Translations under genes and position numbers: made by a program
The notes under the pieces: model-generated
Databases searched by the model: none
The model's input: only the letters and a program-made list of their open reading frames with translations
Told to the model about the DNA's origin: nothing
Part shown: positions 44,045-54,385 of the stretch, piece by piece
How positions within the stretch are numbered: the first letter of the stretch is position 1
Layout of the letters: each line of letters begins with the position of its first letter
Assembly (NCBI GenBank): GCA_965368975.1
Contig: CBDUPA010000008.1
Location: forward strand, 32,001 to 96,000
Source of the DNA: an uncultured bacterium
GTDB lineage: Bacteria > Acidobacteriota > Thermoanaerobaculia > Multivoradales > JAHZIX01
Length of the DNA: 64,000 bases
Direction of reading: 5' to 3'

Positions 44045-45139
44045 TCAGACCGCGACCCAGGCCGGCGCCGGTGGCTGCGGGCGGGCGGGTGTCCACGTCG
44101 TGGAACGCTCTGCCGCGGGGGCCACCGGTCGCCGGCCCGGCCGGGAAGGGGCGGGAGTGGGGGCGGGATGGAGAGGTGCGGCGATCTCGTTGGCACCAGC
44201 GGGCAGATGGTGCCGTTCTTCGAGATGCAGCCTGTTGTCGAGTTTCGGCCAATCTGCAAGATCCAGGTGATCGTCGAGGCGCAGGTTCAGTGCCGCTTCG
44301 CCGCCTGGACGGTGGCCGCGGTGCTTGGCTAGCTGCCAGCTGTTGCCGAGGCCGCACAGTAGAGACGGAGCCCAGTAAGGCCGATGGTGTGCACCCCGGT
44401 TCTGCAGGCTTGATTCCTTGTGGCCAGTGCCCTTGTGCCCAGCGCCCTTGTGCCAGGCGCCCTTGTGCCAGATGCCGTGGCCGCTGCGGGCGTCGATCAC
44501 CGCGCTGGCGGCGGTGCCGCTGACGCGGTAGGGACTGCACACGAGCAGCGTGCTGCCGCGACCCTGCGCGGCGCGCGCCAAGCGTAACCAGCCGGCTTCG
44601 AGACCACGGCCACCGCGTACCGGTGGTAGGCCGAGGTCGAAGACGATCAGCGGAAAGCCGCAGCCGAGCAACATCTCGGCGCCGATCAGCGCTTGCTTGG
44701 TGCGCTGTGGCCGCAGCCAGAGCAGACGCTCCAGGTCGACACCGGCGGCGGCCGCCTGCCGAGGTTCCAGGCTATCGCCGAGATCGACCAGGGCGGCTGG
44801 TTCCCCGGCGGCGGTGGTCGCTGCCAGGACCGCCAGGGCCGCCGCGAAGCGGCCACTGGAGCGCCGGCCGGTGAGTTCGATCAGGCAGCCGCTGGGCAGA
44901 CCGCCGTCGAGCAACTGGTCGAGTGTCGGCAGGCCGGTGGCGCGCATCGGCTTGCTGTCGCGGGCATCGGGGTGAGCAGGTAACAGATCGCGGGCGCGAC
45001 GGAGTTTCTGCAACTCTTCGGGGAGAGAGGATACGAGCCTGAGGGCCGACCGCGGCATGGGGTTGGCGGGAGTGGTTGCTAGAAATGCCACGGCCGACCC
45101 TACAGGCAAGTTTGAGATCTTGGTCATCGCGTCTGTCAC
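44045..45139 (-). CDS. imuA: ImuA / RecA-like mutasome protein (start may be 45058)
   Basis: TGLP.LD.LL.GGLP.G.LIELTGRRSSGR, AAAGVDL.RLLWLRP; upstream of imuB. Confidence 0.85.
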   Translation of the reverse strand: MTDAMTKISNLPVGSAVAFLATTPANPMPRSALRLVSSLPEELQKLRRARDLLPAHPDARDSKPMRATGLPTLDQLLDGGLPSGCLIELTGRRSSGRFAAALAVLAATTAAGEPAALVDLGDSLEPRQAAAAGVDLERLLWLRPQRTKQALIGAEMLLGCGFPLIVFDLGLPPVRGGRGLEAGWLRLARAAQGRGSTLLVCSPYRVSGTAASAVIDARSGHGIWHKGAWHKGAGHKGTGHKESSLQNRGAHHRPYWAPSLLCGLGNSWQLAKHRGHRPGGEAALNLRLDDHLDLADWPKLDNRLHLEERHHLPAGANEIAAPLHPAPTPAPSRPGRRPVAPAAERSTTWTPARPQPPAPAWVAV

Positions 45140-45217
45140 GGTGTGCGCTGGGTTCTTGTTCTTTGGGTTCTTGGTTCAGGTGTTCTTGGTTCGTTCCGTT
45201 TGCCATCCAAGAACCCG

Positions 45218-45272
45218 ATCTTAGGCGGTAAAGAGGCGTAAGTCAAGTCGAATTACCGCCTTATTTACGCCA
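45218..45272 (-). promoter_or_regulatory. imuA promoter with two GGCG-N7-GGCG boxes
   Basis: Minus strand TTGACT (45246-41)-17-TAAGAT (45223-18); boxes at 45223-45241 and 45253-45272. Confidence 0.7.
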
Positions 45273-45292
45273 TCGGATGTATCGATTCCAAG

Positions 45293-45330
45293 AAAAAACG
45301 CCCGGAGAAATGGGATTCTCCGGGCGTTTC
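45293..45330 (-). terminator. Intrinsic terminator after the ABC/M1 operon
   Basis: Minus strand AAACGCCCGGAGAA-TCCCAT-TTCTCCGGGCGTTT followed by T-run. Confidence 0.85.
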
Positions 45331-45383
45331 TGCACCAATCGAGTTCCGTGAAAGAGAACTCTTGCATTGAGGGCGGGGTTGGT

Positions 45384-48300
45384 CTAGAGCTCGATCATCG
45401 CTTTCTCGCGCTCCAACTGCAGCACGCGTGCGTCCGGATCGACCAGGATGCGCTCGGGCTCGAAGCCGCAGTTCAGCTCGACGGGACTCGTCTGGCCGGC
45501 ATCGAGCGTGAGCGAAGCTCGGCACTCGCGGTAGTCCGGGTCGAGGCTACCGTCCTCCGTGAAGCGGCTGCCCCTGACGGCGGCAACCTCGACCGGCATC
45601 GAACCGGTGCCCGTGTTCTCGATCACCAAGCGGACGTGCCGCTGGTCACCGCTCTGCTCGACCTCCGCGTCGCGCAGTTCGTAGCGCGGCAGCACGACCT
45701 CGTGGAACCACTGCTGGACGAAGGCGTCGTAGGCTTCGGCATCGGCCGCGTACGGGCGCAGCGTGACGATCAGATCCTGCAACACCGGGTAGTCCGGCCC
45801 GTTCTCGTAGGTCAGGATGAACTCCCGCAGCCCGGCGAGCATCTGTTCACGCCCCAGGTGCTGGTGCAGCATCCAGAAGACCCAGCCGCCCTTGTCGTAG
45901 GTGACCGTCGTATCGCCCGGACGCGTACCGTCGATCTTGACCATGGGCCGTTCCGAGTCGGCGCGACGTGCTTCGCCATAGCGTTCTTCAATGCGCTTGG
46001 CGAACTCGATACGGCCGCGTTCGCCCTTGACCTGGTCGAACAGAAGCAGCGTGGAGTAGTGCGACATACCTTCCGAGAGGATATTGCCGCCCGGACCTTG
46101 ACCCGGGGTGAGGATGTTGCCCCACCACTGGTGTGCCGCCTCGTGGGCAGTGACCATGAAGGCGACCTCGGTCTGCTGTGTGCTACGAGTGAGGAAGCCG
46201 ATGTTCTCGGAGAAGGTGATGTTGGTGGCGAAGCCCTGCGCGTACGACGCCAGAGCCGGGAACTCGCTCAGCTTCAAGCGTTGCCACGGGTAGGGGTAGA
46301 ACCACTCAGAGTAGTAGCGACGCGAGGCGTCGAGTGCCTCACCCATCTCATCCAAGTTGTATCCGTGACTCGGGTGGTAGTAGATGGCGGTACCCTCTCC
46401 CTCGCGCACCTGCCAGCGGCCGGCGACGACGTTGAAGATCTTCACAGGGTGATCGCTGACCCACGTCACGGTTCGTTTGCCGTCGGCCACTTGTTCGTCG
46501 ACCAGCGTGCCGACTGAGTTGAGAGTGAGCTCTTCCGGGCCTGTGACGGTAATGCGAGTCGTGAAGGGAGTGTCGCTACCGAAGCCCGAGGACAACTGGT
46601 CTAGGTAGAAGTCGTCCGGGAACTCCTTGCTGTCGTATTGGTTCTCGTCGTCGATGCCGAGCTGTTCCTGGTAGCCGAGCACCGGTACGAAGGTTGGCTG
46701 GAAGCTGGTCAATACCACGCCTGCGGGCAGGATGAACTGGCCGAAGCCACCGCCGTTCTTGGTGAAGCCGTCCGGGAACCGACCATGGAAGGCGAAGCCG
46801 ATGCTCAACTCTTCACCCGGGGCCAGCGGCTCGGGAGGTGCGAAGACGTAGAGGCCGGCCCGGTCTTCGGGCTCGAAGTCCTGGCCGTTGAGCGTCCACG
46901 TGACGTCGCGCCAGTGCGGGCCGCTGGTCAGTGGGATCTTGGCCAGCGGCTCCTCGCGGTGGTTGTGCAAAAGGTACGTGCCCTCGACCTCGAAGCTGCG
47001 ATCCTCCGGCATCACTTCCAGGTCGACGACCACATCGCTGATCGCCGGTAGCTTGGCGTCCAACCATGTTGCATGGTTCTTGCGCCAGTAGTCCTTGCCC
47101 CACTTCTGCGCGGTCTCGCTCTGGAAGCCGTCGGCGACGCCGCTATAGAGGATGACGCCGAGGACGATCGCAGGCAGTGCGACCAGGCCGAGCTGTACCA
47201 GTGGCCGCCGCAGGGCTGCCGGTCGCAGACGGTGGACGATGCGCGTCGCGTCCCAGTCCCGGCGGTTGAACCAGCGCACGGTCAGGACGGTGAGCAAGAC
47301 GGTAACGCCGAGATAGAACAGACGGTTCAGCAGCAGCGGCGTGGCGTTTAGCTGTAGTGCACCCATGTCGCTCCAGCCGACTGTGCCCCACAGGTTCCAG
47401 TTGCTGAGCCAGTGGATGTTTCCCTGGGACTGTTGGTAGCCGGTGAACATCATGGCCGCCAGCGCCACCGTGTAGGTGGTGAAGCGGTTGCGGCTGAGTG
47501 CCTGGACGCAAAGGATGAAGGACGTCCAGAGCAAGAAGGTCGGGATCAGCAGCAGGCCCCAGAGCAGCAGAAAGGGCGTGAGTTCGAAGGGCACCGGGAT
47601 GTCCCAGACCAGGCGTTGGAAGAGTACGCCACCCGCACAGCCGAGTAGCGCTGCGGCCAGGATGACGACACCGACCAGGCTGTTGGCCATGGCCTTACCA
47701 AAGAGCAGTGAGGTCGAGCGCACCGGCGTCGAGAACAAGATCGCATCGAGGCCGGTGGAGTGATCGCGTTGCAGGCTCTCGACGGTGTAGAACATGAGCA
47801 GCAGGCACACCAGCAGAGTGATGGTGTTCATGGAACTCGCAGCCATCTGTCCCGAGGTGAAGAGGAGCGGATTACCGAAGGCACCGATGGCGGTCAGAAC
47901 GTTGCCCAGAATCTGGATCAGAATCAGGGGTACGAAGAGATATAGCCCCGGCTGACTGCGCAGCTCGCGCAGCTCAGAACGGGCGACTTGCCAGGCACCA
48001 AGCCAGAAGCTGGGAGCCGTCCGCGCACGTCCGAGGGTGTCGATCGGCTTGCTCGCCGTCACCGGCATCGGCTGGTCGGCGCTGTCCGTTGCCTTCAGAG
48101 CCTGCTGGATCTGCTGGTGGGTCAGCTTGCCGTCGACGGCTCGCAGACTGCGGCTGAAGCGCCAATGCGAGTACGCCACCGCGCCAAGGCCGAGCAGAAC
48201 TAGCCCGACGCGCTGCAGAATCAGCAGATTGTCCAGTGGAATGCTGATGGTGTTGTAAAACTCGACGCCACGGTCGACATCCAAGAACGTTTCTTCAAGC

Positions 48301-48983
48301 CAGCGTGAGCCGGAGGGGTCGAGCATCATCAGGACCCGGTTCCATGCTGGGTCGAGCCAGGTTGGGGACCAGTTCCACAAGAAGAAGACGCTGACCACGA
48401 TCAGCATCACGGGCAGCACGAAGACCAGGATCGGCTTGCGCGTGCGCTCGCCGACGGCGAAGGTACAGCCACCGATGAACAGCACGTAGGGTAGGGTGAA
48501 GATCAGTAGTGGTCGCAGGTAGTTGCCCAGCTCCAGCGGCCCACGGATCTCGGCCGCGTTGGGCGTCGGGATGACATGGAAGTAGAGCAACAAGATGACT
48601 GTCTGCAGCAGGAGCACGATGCCAAAGGTCGCCATGACACCGCTGAACTTGCCCCAGATGTACTCTCCGGGCGTCAGTGGTGTGGCATGCAGGATCTCGC
48701 CCACTTTGTTCTCGCCGTCTTCGATCACCGAGGTGCCGGAGATTACGGAGACGAAGAAGAGGTGGAAGAGAGTGGTCATCAGGATGGTGTAGAACGTCAC
48801 CTGGAATTCAGAGGTGATCCACGCTTTGGTGCCACCCACGGAGGCGTCCCCGGAACTGATGGTGACGTTACCCTGCGCCAGCCCCCAGGTCAGCAGGGTT
48901 ATCAGGGCCAAGAGCACGTAGAGCATGGGGCGCTTGCCCAGGCGCCGCATCTCCTGGCGCATGGTGAGGAAGAAGCGACTCAT
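45384..48983 (-). CDS. ABC-2 permease fused to M1 family aminopeptidase
   Basis: Two multi-TM permease blocks, then YAQGF, HEAAHQWWG...ILSEG zinc motif, YDKG. Confidence 0.9.
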   Translation of the reverse strand: MSRFFLTMRQEMRRLGKRPMLYVLLALITLLTWGLAQGNVTISSGDASVGGTKAWITSEFQVTFYTILMTTLFHLFFVSVISGTSVIEDGENKVGEILHATPLTPGEYIWGKFSGVMATFGIVLLLQTVILLLYFHVIPTPNAAEIRGPLELGNYLRPLLIFTLPYVLFIGGCTFAVGERTRKPILVFVLPVMLIVVSVFFLWNWSPTWLDPAWNRVLMMLDPSGSRWLEETFLDVDRGVEFYNTISIPLDNLLILQRVGLVLLGLGAVAYSHWRFSRSLRAVDGKLTHQQIQQALKATDSADQPMPVTASKPIDTLGRARTAPSFWLGAWQVARSELRELRSQPGLYLFVPLILIQILGNVLTAIGAFGNPLLFTSGQMAASSMNTITLLVCLLLMFYTVESLQRDHSTGLDAILFSTPVRSTSLLFGKAMANSLVGVVILAAALLGCAGGVLFQRLVWDIPVPFELTPFLLLWGLLLIPTFLLWTSFILCVQALSRNRFTTYTVALAAMMFTGYQQSQGNIHWLSNWNLWGTVGWSDMGALQLNATPLLLNRLFYLGVTVLLTVLTVRWFNRRDWDATRIVHRLRPAALRRPLVQLGLVALPAIVLGVILYSGVADGFQSETAQKWGKDYWRKNHATWLDAKLPAISDVVVDLEVMPEDRSFEVEGTYLLHNHREEPLAKIPLTSGPHWRDVTWTLNGQDFEPEDRAGLYVFAPPEPLAPGEELSIGFAFHGRFPDGFTKNGGGFGQFILPAGVVLTSFQPTFVPVLGYQEQLGIDDENQYDSKEFPDDFYLDQLSSGFGSDTPFTTRITVTGPEELTLNSVGTLVDEQVADGKRTVTWVSDHPVKIFNVVAGRWQVREGEGTAIYYHPSHGYNLDEMGEALDASRRYYSEWFYPYPWQRLKLSEFPALASYAQGFATNITFSENIGFLTRSTQQTEVAFMVTAHEAAHQWWGNILTPGQGPGGNILSEGMSHYSTLLLFDQVKGERGRIEFAKRIEERYGEARRADSERPMVKIDGTRPGDTTVTYDKGGWVFWMLHQHLGREQMLAGLREFILTYENGPDYPVLQDLIVTLRPYAADAEAYDAFVQQWFHEVVLPRYELRDAEVEQSGDQRHVRLVIENTGTGSMPVEVAAVRGSRFTEDGSLDPDYRECRASLTLDAGQTSPVELNCGFEPERILVDPDARVLQLEREKAMIEL

Positions 48984-49939
48984 GCGGCACCTCCCGAGGC
49001 CGCCGGTGCCGGTGCGGGCGTCGCTGCAGACGCGCTCGACGCCGCGGTGAAGTGTTGCGGGGCCGGTAGCTCACCAGTACGGATCATCAGCAGATAGACG
49101 TCTTCCAGACTCGGCTGCACCGGCTCGAAACCGACGGGTACCTGCCGGTCCTCGGCGTAGATGCGCACCTTCTGGCGACCCTCGACCAGCAAGGCCTGCG
49201 TCACCGTGTGGGAGGCGGCGAACTTCTCCAGGTCGGAGCGCTCCAGCCAGCCCTCGTACAGGCGCCCAGCAAGGCACGAACGGGCTTCCGCCGGGGTCGT
49301 GTTGGCCAACACCTGACCGGCGCGGATGAGCGCGAAGCGCGAGCACAGTGTCGCGACATCTTCGACGATATGGGTCGACAGCAACACCGTACGGCTCTCA
49401 GCCAGTTCGGCCAGCAAGCGGTAGAAGCGCAGCCGCTCTTCCGGGTCGAGACCGGCTGTCGGTTCATCGACGATGATCAGCTTCGGGTCGCCCGCCAGCG
49501 CTTGCGCGATCCCCAGGCGCTGACGCATGCCGCCGGAGTAGCCTTTTACCTTGCGCTTGGCGGCGAACGCCAGGTTGACGCGCTCGAGCAGGTCGGTGAC
49601 CAGGCTCTTCATGCCGCCCGGAGCCTCGACGCCCTTGAGCCGCAGGAGATGGGTGAGCATCGCCTCGCCGGTGAGGTTGGGATAGAAGCCGAAGTCCTGC
49701 GGCAGGTAGCCGAGCCGAGTCCACAGCCATTCCGGATCCTGCAGCGTGTCGTGACCGTCCAGGCTGACGCTGCCCGACGTCGGCTCCAGCACGCCGGCGA
49801 GGATGCGCATCAGCGTCGTCTTGCCGGCACCGTTCGGCCCCAGCAAGCCGAACATGCCCTCTGGGATGTCGAGATGGATGCCTTTGAGCGCGGCCACGGG
49901 GCCGGGGTAGACCTTCACCAGATCTTGGATATGAAGCAT
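48980..49939 (-). CDS. ABC transporter ATP-binding protein
   Basis: GPNGAGKTT, YSGGMRQR, IIVDEP, STH. Confidence 0.95.
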   Translation of the reverse strand: MLHIQDLVKVYPGPVAALKGIHLDIPEGMFGLLGPNGAGKTTLMRILAGVLEPTSGSVSLDGHDTLQDPEWLWTRLGYLPQDFGFYPNLTGEAMLTHLLRLKGVEAPGGMKSLVTDLLERVNLAFAAKRKVKGYSGGMRQRLGIAQALAGDPKLIIVDEPTAGLDPEERLRFYRLLAELAESRTVLLSTHIVEDVATLCSRFALIRAGQVLANTTPAEARSCLAGRLYEGWLERSDLEKFAASHTVTQALLVEGRQKVRIYAEDRQVPVGFEPVQPSLEDVYLLMIRTGELPAPQHFTAASSASAATPAPAPAASGGAA

Positions 49940-50121
49940 GAGGGAGTTCCTTCCTGATTGTCGTCGTGCACGAAAGTTGCCTTGGAGATGGCTGCAGGCT
50001 GCAAGTCCGCGAGAGCCCGCCATCAGTACCTGTACGTTGCCCACCGGCTCCAAGTTACGTGGAAGTTTTCCGTTGTCCGGCTGATGCGGATCGAGCTGGT
50101 CCTCGTGCTAGCATCCGCGGC

Positions 50122-50586
50122 ATGGAAAGAGTCGAAATCTACACCGATGGTGGTGCCGAGCCCAACCCCGGTACCGGTGGCTGGGGTGCCCTTTTGTTGC
50201 ACCCGACCACTGGGATCCAGCGGGAGCTCTCGGGCGGTGCCTTCAACACGACGAACAACCGGATGGAAATGACTGCGGCCATCGAAGCGTTAGAAGCTCT
50301 GAAGGGGCCGTGCCGTATCGAGCTCTACACCGATTCGCAGTACCTGCGCCAAGGGATTACCCAGTGGCTGCCCAACTGGGTGAAGAAGGGCTGGAAGAAA
50401 AGCGGCGGCGGCAAGGTTAAGAATCAAGACCTGTGGCAGAAACTGCAGGCCGCGACCGAGCGCCACGAGATTTCGTGGCACTGGGTCAAAGGACATGCCG
50501 GCCACGAGTACAACGAGCGTTGCGACGCGCTGGCGACCGAGGCCATCCAGGCGCAAAAGAAGGCCGCACGAGGGAGTGGCGGCTGA
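50122..50586 (+). CDS. rnhA: Ribonuclease HI
   Basis: IYTDG...NPG.GGWG, TTNNRME, TDSQY, VKNQDLW, WVKGHAG..NERCD.LA. Confidence 0.97.
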   Translation: MERVEIYTDGGAEPNPGTGGWGALLLHPTTGIQRELSGGAFNTTNNRMEMTAAIEALEALKGPCRIELYTDSQYLRQGITQWLPNWVKKGWKKSGGGKVKNQDLWQKLQAATERHEISWHWVKGHAGHEYNERCDALATEAIQAQKKAARGSGG

Positions 50587-50602
50587 ACGAAAGGTGAGGT
50601 CG

Positions 50603-51913
50603 ATGATCCAAAGTGAGAAGAACCGGTTCCTGCAAGCGCTTCGTGGATGGGCGGTTCTGAGTTTGTCGACCGCCTTGTTCGGCTCTGCCCTTCTGACGAC
50701 TGGCTGCGCGTCCAGTGATTACGTACCAGCGCGCACCTCACAGCGCGACATGCGCGCGGCGGTGCAGCGCGCGGGTCTGGCGCCCGACACTGCCGTCCTG
50801 CCCGGTGCTCTCACCGACGAAATGCTGGCCTGGTTGCACGAGACTGTGCCGCCCATGCAGGGTGAAGACAACCAGCTCGAGACGCTGCTCGACCTGATGC
50901 TCGACGAGCGCTTCCTGGCCATCCGCTACCAGAGTGGCTACACGCCGACCGCCGAAGAGGTGTTCGACCAGCGCACGGCCAACTGCCTCGGGTTTACGCA
51001 CCTGTTCGTCAGCATGTCGCGCGAGCTGGGCATTCCGGCTTACTTCCTGGATGTCGACCGCATCCAGCGCTTCGAGCGCGACGAGGACCAGAGCCTGGTC
51101 ATCGCTTCGGGGCACGTCACCGCCGGCTACGGCATTCCCAGCGAGCGCCTGATCCTCGAGTTCAACGTCGGTCCCGAGGCCGACTACCGGACCGCTCGCA
51201 AGGTCGACGACGTGCGGGCGCTGGCCATGTACTACTCGAACCGCGGTGCCGAACAGCTGCGCGACGGCGATATCGAGCCGGCGCTCGAATGGCTGCGCAC
51301 CGCCGTTGCCCTCGATCCCGGCCTGCCCGACGCCTGGATCAACTACGGTGTCGCGCTGCGCCGCTTCGGCGACGAGAGCGCCGCCGAGGAAGCCTATTTC
51401 AAGGCGCTGGACGTCGATCCGCATGCGGTCACCGCGTACCACAACCTGGCTGCCCTGATGCACCAACGCGGTCGCGAGGTCGACGCTCAGGAGCTCCTCC
51501 GCGTCGCCGATCATCTCGGTCAGCGCAACCCCTACAGCTACATCAACCTGGGTGACATGCACCTGCGCCAGGGCGAGATCGAGCAGGCCGAGCGCTTCTA
51601 TCGCAAAGCACTGAGCCAGTACGGTGACCTGCCCGACCCGTACGCTGCCCTCGGCACGCTGGCCTTGGTGGTCGACGAGCGTGATCAAGCCCAGCGCTGG
51701 CTGCGCCGCGCCCAGCGCCGAGACCCGCGCAACCCCAGAGTGCTGGCGCTCGATCGTCGACTCAACCCCAGCGGTCTGGATGACCCAGGTAGCCTGGCAC
51801 GCCTAGTGCCCGCGGAGCGTCAGATCGAACGGCCGGCCGGTCCGACCCCCTGTCTGGCCGATCAAGACTGCGAGCAGAGCCCGGATGCGCCGCCGCCTTT
51901 CCGGTTGCACTGA
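50603..51913 (+). CDS. Lipoprotein with transglutaminase-like domain and TPRs
   Basis: Lipobox LTTGC; ANCL...GHV...EF catalytic-like triad; several TPRs. Confidence 0.8.
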   Translation: MIQSEKNRFLQALRGWAVLSLSTALFGSALLTTGCASSDYVPARTSQRDMRAAVQRAGLAPDTAVLPGALTDEMLAWLHETVPPMQGEDNQLETLLDLMLDERFLAIRYQSGYTPTAEEVFDQRTANCLGFTHLFVSMSRELGIPAYFLDVDRIQRFERDEDQSLVIASGHVTAGYGIPSERLILEFNVGPEADYRTARKVDDVRALAMYYSNRGAEQLRDGDIEPALEWLRTAVALDPGLPDAWINYGVALRRFGDESAAEEAYFKALDVDPHAVTAYHNLAALMHQRGREVDAQELLRVADHLGQRNPYSYINLGDMHLRQGEIEQAERFYRKALSQYGDLPDPYAALGTLALVVDERDQAQRWLRRAQRRDPRNPRVLALDRRLNPSGLDDPGSLARLVPAERQIERPAGPTPCLADQDCEQSPDAPPPFRLH

Positions 51914-51945
51914 ACCGGATGTGCCCCAGCGACGAGGACTAGCGC

Positions 51946-54306
51946 TTGCGTGGTGACCCGCGGCGCTGGACAGTGTCTGTCGATACAGGTGGCACCTTCA
52001 CCGACTGCGTCGCTCGTGACCTGGAAGGCCGCCGGCATCGTGTCAAAGTCCTGAGCAGTAGCGCCCTGCGGGGGCTCGTGCTGCGGGTCATCAACGCGCG
52101 AACTCTGCTTCTCGACGACAGCTGGCCAGCCGTCTCTCAATTGCTGCGCGGCGGCACCTTCCGGCTGTTGGAAGCTCCCGCAGCGCCCTCTCCCGAGGTC
52201 TCCGGAGTCGAGGTGCTGAGCTACCAACCGGTCGAGGTTGGTGGCAAGAAGGGCGTCGAGGTGCAGCTGGCATCGCCACTGACGCAGGAACTCGAGCCCG
52301 GGGCCCGCTGCGAGATCCGCTCGACCGACGAGGCCCCCGTGCTGGCCGCCCGCGTCTTGACCGGCACCGCCGCCGACGCTGCGCTGCCGCCGCTGGCCCT
52401 GCGTCTTGCCACCACCCGCGGCACCAACGCCTTGCTCGAACGTCGCGGTGCCCGCTGCCTGCTCTTGATCACGCGCGGCTTCGGTGACTTGCTGCGTATC
52501 GGCACGCAGCAGCGCCCGGACCTCTTTGCGCTGGAAGTGCGCAAGCCCGAGCCCCTGACCACCTGGGTAGTCGAGATCCCCGAACGGCAGGCCGCCGACG
52601 GCAGCGTCCTGGAAGCCCTACCCGAGATGTTCTTCGAGCCCGAGCGGCTGCGTGCTTGGTTGCACGAGCAGGGGGTCGATCTGGAGCAGGTCGAGAGCGC
52701 GGCCGTGGCGGTCCTGCACGCGTACCGAGAGGCCAGCCCGGAGCGCCGCTGGCGGCAAGCACTGGAGTCGGCAGGCATCCCTCACGTGTCGAACTCCGCT
52801 GACCTCGCCCCCCGCCTGGGCCTGCTGACGCGTACCGAGACTACTGTCGTCGACGCCTACCTGCTGCCCGTCATCCACCGCTATCTCGAACGCGTCGAGG
52901 GCGCGCTCGGCGGGAATGCCGACGGCCAGGCGTCGACCCTGCACGTCATGACCAGCGCTGGTGGTTTGGTGGGAACGGGGCTTGCAGGTGCCAGCCGATT
53001 CCGCGCCAAAGACAGCCTTCTCTCCGGCCCCGCCGGTGGCGTCGTCGGTGCCGCGCGCGCTGGCTGCAGAGTTGGCCTCGACCACGTCATCGCCTTCGAT
53101 ATGGGCGGCACCAGCACCGACGTCGCGCGCTACAGTGGCGACTTCGAGTACCTGTTCGAACACCAAGTCGGCGACGCCCACCTCGCTGCGCCCGCGCTGG
53201 CGATCGAGAGCGTCGCGGCCGGTGGCGGTTCGATCTGTTCGTTCGACGGTCACCAGCTCAGAGTCGGTCCACAGAGCGCCGGTGCCGACCCCGGTCCCGC
53301 CTGCTACGGTGCCGGCGGTACATTGACCCTGACCGACTGCAACCTCCTGCTTGGCCGCCTCGATCCGTCACGCTTCGGCATCCCCGTCGACCGAGCCGCT
53401 GCCGAGCGGGCCCTCGATGCTGTTCTCCAGGAGGTGCCAGTCGAATATCGGAAGGGCTCTGCGAGTGCAACGGAGAGCCGCCGAGAAACCCTGCTCTCCG
53501 GCTTCCTCGCCATCGCCGACGAACGCATGGCCGACGCCATCCGCGCCATCTCCGTCCGTCGCGGCTACGATCCTGCCGACCACGTCCTCGTCGCCTTCGG
53601 CGGTGCCGGTGCACAGCACGCCTGTGCCGTTGCCGAGCAGCTGGGCATCACGACGGTGATCGTGCCGCCGGATGCCGGGTTGTTGAGTGCGGTCGGCTTG
53701 GAAGTCGCGGTGATCGAGCGCTTCGCCGAGCGTCAAGTACTGCTGGCGGTCGAGGAAGCGGCGGAGAAGTTGGCGACGTGGTTCGAAGTGCTGGCGGATC
53801 AGGCGTTGGCGGACCTGCGGATGGAGGGGGTGAGTACCGACGAAGCCCAGGTCCGCCGCCGTCTCGCCTTCCTCAGGTTCGCGGGCCAGGAGTCGACCGT
53901 GGAACTGGAATTCGGAGCTGGGGCGTCGCTGGGTGCTGCTGAACTCGAGACTCGCTTCCTCGACGCCTACGAGCAGCTCTACGGTTACCGTCCGGAGAGG
54001 CGCAGCATCGAAGTCGAGTCGCTGCGGGTGGTCGCGTCGTCACCGGCTGAAGAGATCGAGGCTGTGCGCCGGGAAGCGGTGAGCGTCGAGGTACCGGTCA
54101 ACGCGAGGGCGAAGGCGTACTTCGAGGGTGCTTGGCAAGACGTTCCGGTCTTAGTGCGTGGTGAGTTGCTGCCTGGACATGCGCTGGAAGGACCGGCACT
54201 CGTCGTCGAAGCCCACAGCGCGACCGTCGTGTTGCCGGGGTGGCGGTTGCGGGTGGTGGGGGAGGGGGAAGAGGGAGCGTCTTTGGTGCTGGAGAGGCGG
54301 ACCTGA
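51946..54306 (+). CDS. Hydantoinase A / 5-oxoprolinase ATP-dependent N-terminal part
   Basis: VDTGGTFTD, ATTRGTNALLER, SGPAGG, DMGGTSTD, AGGGS, GPACYG, FGGAG.QH. Confidence 0.9.
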   Translation: MRGDPRRWTVSVDTGGTFTDCVARDLEGRRHRVKVLSSSALRGLVLRVINARTLLLDDSWPAVSQLLRGGTFRLLEAPAAPSPEVSGVEVLSYQPVEVGGKKGVEVQLASPLTQELEPGARCEIRSTDEAPVLAARVLTGTAADAALPPLALRLATTRGTNALLERRGARCLLLITRGFGDLLRIGTQQRPDLFALEVRKPEPLTTWVVEIPERQAADGSVLEALPEMFFEPERLRAWLHEQGVDLEQVESAAVAVLHAYREASPERRWRQALESAGIPHVSNSADLAPRLGLLTRTETTVVDAYLLPVIHRYLERVEGALGGNADGQASTLHVMTSAGGLVGTGLAGASRFRAKDSLLSGPAGGVVGAARAGCRVGLDHVIAFDMGGTSTDVARYSGDFEYLFEHQVGDAHLAAPALAIESVAAGGGSICSFDGHQLRVGPQSAGADPGPACYGAGGTLTLTDCNLLLGRLDPSRFGIPVDRAAAERALDAVLQEVPVEYRKGSASATESRRETLLSGFLAIADERMADAIRAISVRRGYDPADHVLVAFGGAGAQHACAVAEQLGITTVIVPPDAGLLSAVGLEVAVIERFAERQVLLAVEEAAEKLATWFEVLADQALADLRMEGVSTDEAQVRRRLAFLRFAGQESTVELEFGAGASLGAAELETRFLDAYEQLYGYRPERRSIEVESLRVVASSPAEEIEAVRREAVSVEVPVNARAKAYFEGAWQDVPVLVRGELLPGHALEGPALVVEAHSATVVLPGWRLRVVGEGEEGASLVLERRT

Positions 54307-54385
54307 AGAACTTGGTCCAGTTGAGGATTCAGTACCGCCACAGCGGATCCGGTGGGTCCGTGTCGCAATAAGGTCTCTGCCATCC

